DNA of 64,000 nucleotides from Candidatus Aminicenantes bacterium (GTDB lineage Bacteria > Acidobacteriota > Aminicenantia > Aminicenantales > Saccharicenantaceae): NCBI GenBank assembly GCA_963805045.1, contig CAWDTC010000014.1:76359-140358 (forward strand), read 5' to 3'. Made by a program: the position numbers and the translations under genes. The notes under the pieces are model-generated. The model was given only the letters and a program-made list of their open reading frames with translations. It did no database searches and was not told the DNA's origin. Positions 58,765 through 64,000 of this stretch are shown piece after piece. Every line of letters begins with the position of its first letter. The stretch's first letter is position 1.

Positions 58765-59751
58765 CTATTCGCCGTCACCCGGCATGCCCACGGTGATGAC
58801 CACCTTTCCCCGGGCGTGTCCGTCCTCGAGATAACGGAGCGCGGCGGGGGTCTCGCTCAAGGGATAGCGCCGGTCGATGACGGGCACGATCGCGCGGGAC
58901 TCCAGAAGCTCTCGCAGGAAGGCCAGGTCTTTCTTGTTCCTGTGGGCGAGCATGGAGAGCATCTTCTTGCCCCTTGACGTCCAGCGCCCCCGCAGCGCGA
59001 TTTGGAGCATCAGGAGCGGGGAATATCCGATCGAGACGTAGATCCCCCTGGGAGCCAGGGCACGCTTATAATCCGAGAACGAACGGCTCGCCGCGCTGTC
59101 GATGATCAGGTCGTACTGCCGTCCGCTCCTCGCGAAATCCTCCTGCGTATAGTCGATGACGCGGTCGGCGCCGATCGAGCGCACGAGGTCCAGATTCCTC
59201 GTGCTGCACACTCCCGTCACATCGGCCCCGAGGTGCTTGGCGATCTCGACCGCGAACGTCCCGACTCCGCCCGATGCGCCGTTGACCAGGACCTTTTGCC
59301 CCGGCCGGACCTGCCCCTTGTCGCGGAGAGCCTGAAGTGCCGTGAAGGCCGCGATGGGCACGGCCGCGGCCTCCTCGAATGTCGTCCCGGCCGGTTTCAT
59401 TTCCAACGCATCCTCGGTCGCGCGCGCGTACTCGGCGAGAGCCCCATCCTTCGTCGTCCCGAAGACCTCGTCGCCCGGCCGGAACTGCGTGACGTTCCTG
59501 CCGACCGCTTCGACCCGTCCCGCCATGTCGACCCCGGGGATCGTCTTTTTCGGCCTGAGCAGCCCGAACCCGGGAGCGAGGCGGGCCAGGAACGGCTTGC
59601 CCCTCAGAAGATGCCAGTCGAGAGGATTCAAGGATGCGGCGACGACCTTGACGAGGACTTCGTCGTCCCCGGGAGCGGGTTTGTCCACGTCCTTGAGCTG
59701 AAGAACATCCGGCGACCCGAACTTCGGGGCGATAATGGCTTTCATCGGCAT
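58765..59751 (-). CDS. Zinc-type/MDR NAD(P)-dependent oxidoreductase (quinone oxidoreductase-like)
   Basis: Intact 328-aa ORF with a GroES-like N-terminal domain and the Rossmann motif VLVNGASGGVGTFAVEIAK. Confidence 0.85.
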   Translation of the reverse strand: MPMKAIIAPKFGSPDVLQLKDVDKPAPGDDEVLVKVVAASLNPLDWHLLRGKPFLARLAPGFGLLRPKKTIPGVDMAGRVEAVGRNVTQFRPGDEVFGTTKDGALAEYARATEDALEMKPAGTTFEEAAAVPIAAFTALQALRDKGQVRPGQKVLVNGASGGVGTFAVEIAKHLGADVTGVCSTRNLDLVRSIGADRVIDYTQEDFARSGRQYDLIIDSAASRSFSDYKRALAPRGIYVSIGYSPLLMLQIALRGRWTSRGKKMLSMLAHRNKKDLAFLRELLESRAIVPVIDRRYPLSETPAALRYLEDGHARGKVVITVGMPGDGE

Positions 59752-59950
59752 TCCTCCCGTATGGCCATGACCCGGCAGTCCGCTGCCCTGTTCACGGCGG
59801 TCCGTCCCCTAAGGTTGTAACACGTGACCGGGCCTAGTCAAGCGGAAGCCGAAAGGGGTCGAGCCCGAGGCTGGCGCGTTCTTGACGACGGCCTGCGGCC
59901 GGCGATATCATCCAAAGAGCGATTCCTGAGCCTTCCAAGGGAGGACCGCC

Positions 59951-60076
59951 ATGAGCCGCACGTCTTTCGGGATCATTGTCTTGCTCTTCTGCCTCGGGCC
60001 CTGTCTTGAGGCCCGGCAGGATCCGCCCAAGGTCACGCTCCTCCCGGCGGCCGGCGGGAAGGGCGCGGGCAGATGA
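59951..60076 (+). CDS. Possible 41-aa upstream ORF with signal-peptide-like sequence, translationally coupled to the next gene
   Basis: AAGGGAGG SD lies 6 nt before ATG 59951. MSRTSFGIIVLLFCLGPCLEARQDPPKVTLLPAAGGKGAGR. Its TGA (60074-60076) overlaps ATG 60073 as ATGA. It is below the ORF-track length cutoff. Confidence 0.35.
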   Translation: MSRTSFGIIVLLFCLGPCLEARQDPPKVTLLPAAGGKGAGR

Positions 60077-61947
60077 GCCTGTCGAGGCGGGATTTCATCG
60101 GGCGTTCGCTTTCGGCAGCCGTCTACGGGGCCGTCGCGCCGTTCGGCCGAACACCCGGCCTTCGCCCGCGGGCCTCCGAAGAGGACGCGAAGTCCGGAAC
60201 GCCGCCCCCCTCCTTCGCGCTCGAGGCCTATGCTGCGAATTCGATCAACTACTTCGAGCGCCTCGTCGACGCCCAGGGACTTCCGTATTTCAACGTCTTC
60301 TGGACCCGGCCCGCCGAAGCGGCGCACGACTGGCCGGATTTCGGCGACGTGATGAGCCGGCAGTGGCAGGGCGCCGTGATGCTCCGGCGGATGACGGGCC
60401 GGGCCGCGGCCACGGAGAAAGTCTGGCGCCGCAACTGCCTCTCGCTGATCGACGCCTCCGACGGCCTGCTCCATCGTCCGGCCACTTCCTATTGCCAGCC
60501 CGGCGCGGATTGGGGCGACGCCTCTTTGACCCTCTACGCCCTGACCACGGCGGCCCTGGACGGCGGGGACGACACGGCGCGGCGAGCGGCCGTCAAGATG
60601 TCCGAGTCGATGCTCGCCGGCCTGCGCTCCGGCCGTTTCCCGGGAGACGGCTTCGCCATCAAGGGCCTGATGGTCGCCGCCCGCCTCCTCGGATGCGACC
60701 CGGCCTTGGAGGCGGCCCGCATCCTGGTTGACCGCTGTGTCGTCCGGGGCCGCGCCTTTACGCCCGACAACACCTTCGGCCCGTCGGGGCACATGCATGG
60801 GAATCTGAGGACGATGGCCGGCGCGGCCGACTACGCGTTGGCGGCCGGGGACCCGGTCCTCTTCAGCCGCATGGACGCCCTTTACCGCTACGTCAAATCG
60901 ACCGGCGCCGACTTCGGTTTTCTCCCGGAAGTCGTCGGACGGAAGGGAGACATCATCGCCTGCGAGACCTGCGCGCTGATGGACTTCGCCGGCATCGGGG
61001 TCACGCTCGCCAACCACGGCCACCCGGAGTACTGGGCCGACATGGAGCGCCTGGCCAGGAACCACTATGTCGAAAGCCAGGTGCGCGATGTCTCCTGGCT
61101 GGAGTCCGACGACGCCAAGCCGGACACGGCGCAATTCACCTTCCGCGACATCGGCGGGCGCATCGTGGGCGCCTGGGCGGGCTGGAGCTCGCCCAATCAC
61201 ATCCTCGCCTGCCGGGAGACCTTGAACGCCCATTGGGGCGGGCCGGAGCTGAAGAACAAGACGCGGGCCCTGCAGAACTGCTGCGGCGGCTCGGGCGTCC
61301 ACGGCCTCTTCACGCTCTGGAAGAACGCCGCGCGGTTCGACGCCGGCACCCTGTCCGTGAACATGCACATCGACAAGAAGCTGCCGCAGGCGGAGATCCG
61401 CTGCGACCAGCCCTACCGCGGCCGGCTGCGGATCAACTTGGCGAAGGACTGCGCCGTCGAGAGTCCGCATCCCGGATTTCACATCGGCCGCGGAGATGCG
61501 CGTCCTGGTGAACGGCGCGGAGCTCCCGAACGCCGCGGACTCCGGGACCGGGAATGCCGCCGCCGACCAGGCCGGCCGGACATTGGCCCCGCCGCGCCCG
61601 TTCGGGAACTATCTCGAGATCGGCCCGGCTGCGAGCCGGAGACCGAATCGAAGTGGGCTACCCCCTGCCCGATCAGGACCGAGGACGTGGCCGTCGGCAA
61701 TCCGGGATTCCGGCAATGGCGGTACCGGGTGACCTGGAAGGGCGACACCGTCGTCCGCATGGAGCCGTTGGGGAACGACGCGAGATCCGCGTACTCCGAT
61801 TTCGAAAAAGCCCAAACGGAGGTCTTTTACGGCGAGGACGGCCCCGGGCGGCTCTATCAGCGCGACGAAATGCTCAAGGATGTCCAACCCGGGGCCTCAG
61901 AACTCCATCAGGATGACGGCGGCTTGGATTTCTGGAAGATCGGGTAG
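60073..61947 (+). pseudogene. Tat-signal protein, possibly DUF1680/GH127-like six-hairpin glycosidase; compensated frame changes about 61470-61650
   Basis: MSLSRRDFIGRSLSAAVYGAV is a Tat signal, and an ACETCALMDF motif is present. The ORF is open end to end, but residues ~470-525 are Arg/Gly-rich nonsense. Plausible sequence there (MRVLVNGAELPNA..., LRAGDRIEVGYPLP) lies in ORFs 61496..61732 and 61554..61916. Confidence 0.45.
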
Positions 61948-62040
61948 AGCGCGGCGCGGCCTCAAGGGTCACTTTCAAGGCGCCAGCGGCCATTTGATTC
62001 TTTCCTGCCCCTGTGCTAAAAGGCTCCTATCGGTTCCGCC

Positions 62041-62934
62041 TTGGACGAGACAAAGGGCCTTTGGGTGGTCGTCGCGGCGCTGGCCGCCGGCCTCGTCATG
62101 TCCGCCCACGGCCAACAGAAGCCGGCCGTCGCCGCCGGGCCTTCCTACATGGAGGACGCTCCCTGGGGCCTTCGCCGGCCCGGCGTGGACACCGACGTAT
62201 CCCTTTATATCAACCACTGGCGGAACTCGCCGCCCCGCGAGGGACACGGCGGACTCGTCGAACGCGATATCCTGACGCGGGGCGACCCTTTCCATCCCTC
62301 GAAAAAGGGCGCCGTCCTGCGTTATCTCAAGGCCTATCTTCGGGCCGAGCTCCCTCCTCAGGCCGGCACGCGGGAATACAAGGACGCCCATGAACAGGTC
62401 TTTCTTTACGTCATGAGCGGGCAGGGGAAGATCGACGCGGACGGCCGAGCGGTCGAGCTCGAGGAAGGGACGGCCGTCGTCATCCCCGCCGGGCTCCCCT
62501 ACCGCTTGTCCAACCCCGCCGGCCGGCCGCTCGAGCTCTTCCTGGCCGCGGAGGAGACGCCGGCCGATTTCGTCCCGCAGCGGGAGCTCTCGGTCGGCTG
62601 TTATCGCGATTCCCTGCCGCTCGTCGGCGCCCATTGGGCCCATATCGCCCGGCCGTTCGTCTACGACCACGAGCCGAAGTTCTCGAACCCGATGGGCTTC
62701 GTCGTCGTGTCCATGGACGCCTCCGACATCGCCCAGCCGCACACGCATCCGGCGGCCACCGAGGAGGTCTGGCTGCAGCTCAAGGGCACGAGCCTCCTTT
62801 TCTTCGGCAACCGGCTCCTGCGCCAGGAGCCGGGCGAGGCTTTTCTGGTCCCGCCGACGAACGGGGTCCCGCACAGCTCGATCAATCCCGACGGTGAACG
62901 CCAGCAGTGGCTGTTCTTCGGTTGCCGGAAGTGA
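62041..62934 (+). CDS. Secreted bicupin-like protein
   Basis: Intact 297-aa ORF with a signal-like N-terminus. Two cupin-like modules: EQVFLYVMSGQGKIDADGRAVELEEGTAVVIPAG, and HTHPAATEEVWLQLKGTSLLFFGNRLLRQEPGEAFLVPP. Confidence 0.65.
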   Translation: MDETKGLWVVVAALAAGLVMSAHGQQKPAVAAGPSYMEDAPWGLRRPGVDTDVSLYINHWRNSPPREGHGGLVERDILTRGDPFHPSKKGAVLRYLKAYLRAELPPQAGTREYKDAHEQVFLYVMSGQGKIDADGRAVELEEGTAVVIPAGLPYRLSNPAGRPLELFLAAEETPADFVPQRELSVGCYRDSLPLVGAHWAHIARPFVYDHEPKFSNPMGFVVVSMDASDIAQPHTHPAATEEVWLQLKGTSLLFFGNRLLRQEPGEAFLVPPTNGVPHSSINPDGERQQWLFFGCRK

Positions 62935-62944
62935 GGAATGGACC

Positions 62945-63925
62945 ATGACGCCGACTGACCGCGAAAAGAGGGACAGTCCCCTACGGGGACAGTCCCTGGG
63001 AAGGCCCGTCGACGCGATCTCCCGCCTCAGCCTCGTCCGGGGGACCGACCGCCGCGAGATCGTCCGCCGGTCGCTGGAGCTCATCGCGGACGACGTCTGG
63101 GCCGCGGTCGACCGGAAGAAACGGGTCCTCATCAAGCCCAACATGGCCGTCGACAAGAACCCCCTGGCCGTCACCCACGTCGACGCGGCGCGGGCCGTCC
63201 TGGATTTTCTCCGGCCCCGCTGCCGGAAGCCCATCGTCGTCGCCGAGTCCGGGGTGCTGAACACGGCCGACGGCTTCCGCAACAACGGCTACTTCGCCCT
63301 GGAAAAGGAATACGGGGTCAAGGTCGTCGACCTCAACGCGGCGCCCGACTTCCGGTGGTCGTATGTCGTCGACACGAACCACGTCCCGAGGATGGTCAGG
63401 GTCTACCGCGCGCTTCGTCGACCCCGACGTCTGCGTCATCTCGCTCGCCCGGATGAAGACGCACGACACGGTGCTCGTGACGCTCGCTCTCAAGAACGTC
63501 CTGATGGCCGCGCCGGTCAACGATTACAAGAAGAGCGACAAGGGGCATCCTCCACGGCGCGACGAAGTCGGTCGACGACGTCATGCATTACAACCTGTTC
63601 CACCTGGCCGAACAGGGCGTCTGGCCCGACCTGGCGGTCATCGACGGCGTTCGAGTCGATGGAGGGTCACGGCCCGGCCTGGGGGACGCCCCTCGCGACC
63701 CGCCTGGCCCTGGCCAGCCGCGACCCGCTCGCGGCGGACGTCGTCGGCACGACGATCATGGGCTTCGACCCCGGCCGCATCCTCTACCTCAAGGCCATGA
63801 CCGAGGCCGGGATGGGGCAGGGCGACCTGGCCAAGATCCAGGTCCTCGGCGCCCCGCTCGACGAGTGCCGCTTCAAGTTCAAGGTCGGCGAGACCATGGC
63901 CAAGGTCTATCAGCTGAGCACATGA
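62945..63925 (+). pseudogene. DUF362 domain protein; compensated frame changes about 63410-63650
   Basis: From the internal Met of ORF 62894..63925. KRVLIKPNM and the C-terminal segment GTTIMGFDPGRILYLKAMTEAGMG are in frame. The middle of the homologous sequence (FVDPDVCVISLARMKTHDTVLVTLALKNVLMAAP) is in ORF 63363..63800. Confidence 0.7.
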
Positions 63926-63957
63926 GCCGGGGCCGCCCCCGGACAGGAGGAGAGACC

Positions 63958-64000
63958 ATGAAAATGACCGTTCTCGTTGTCGCCGGGCTGGCCCTGGCGG
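63958..64000 (+). CDS. Start of a secreted/membrane protein (3' end outside window)
   Basis: AGGAGGAGAG SD lies 3 nt before ATG 63958. MKMTVLVVAGLALA is signal-peptide-like. Confidence 0.4.
   Translation, partial: MKMTVLVVAGLALA

Overview
High-GC bacterial chromosomal segment (sampled 60-nt lines give about 65-72% G+C). I can support about 55 protein genes, one intact tRNA and a few promoters. The gene content includes Tat-exported Gfo/Idh/MocA plus DUF1080, a tricorn-like protease, a TPR Ser/Thr kinase and many FtsX/MacB/HlyD transporters. That mix resembles Acidobacteriota-type environmental bacteria, but this is inference only. Most of the window is envelope, transport and carbohydrate-processing genes: a TonB-dependent receptor, large exported glycosidases, a CsgG-like secretion component, a metal ABC importer with a porin-like OMP, a ClC channel, a LolA-like/FtsX/ABC/OMP cluster, a MacB-type operon with three tandem HlyD adaptors, and an EmrAB-TolC operon. 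A few housekeeping genes are present (dcd, EF-P family, RluA). Three things stand out. (1) A lower-GC island (about 11.26-14.87 kb, sampled lines 38-50% G+C) lies directly downstream of tRNA-Lys(CUU). It carries a radical SAM/SPASM enzyme, a 73-aa peptide gene with strong expression signals just upstream, and two unrecognisable secreted or beta-rich proteins. This is the best candidate for an undescribed, RiPP-like system. (2) The 5' 59 nt of the tRNA plus its promoter are tandemly duplicated. (3) About 18 genes are interrupted by frame changes, roughly 50 in total, strongly clustered in particular genes, and one gene also has an in-frame TAG. As written these genes do not encode intact products, so I typed them 'pseudogene', but indel errors in the assembly are at least as likely as real decay. 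No CRISPR array, integrase, transposase or rRNA was seen. All family assignments come from motif recognition by eye; no database search was run.
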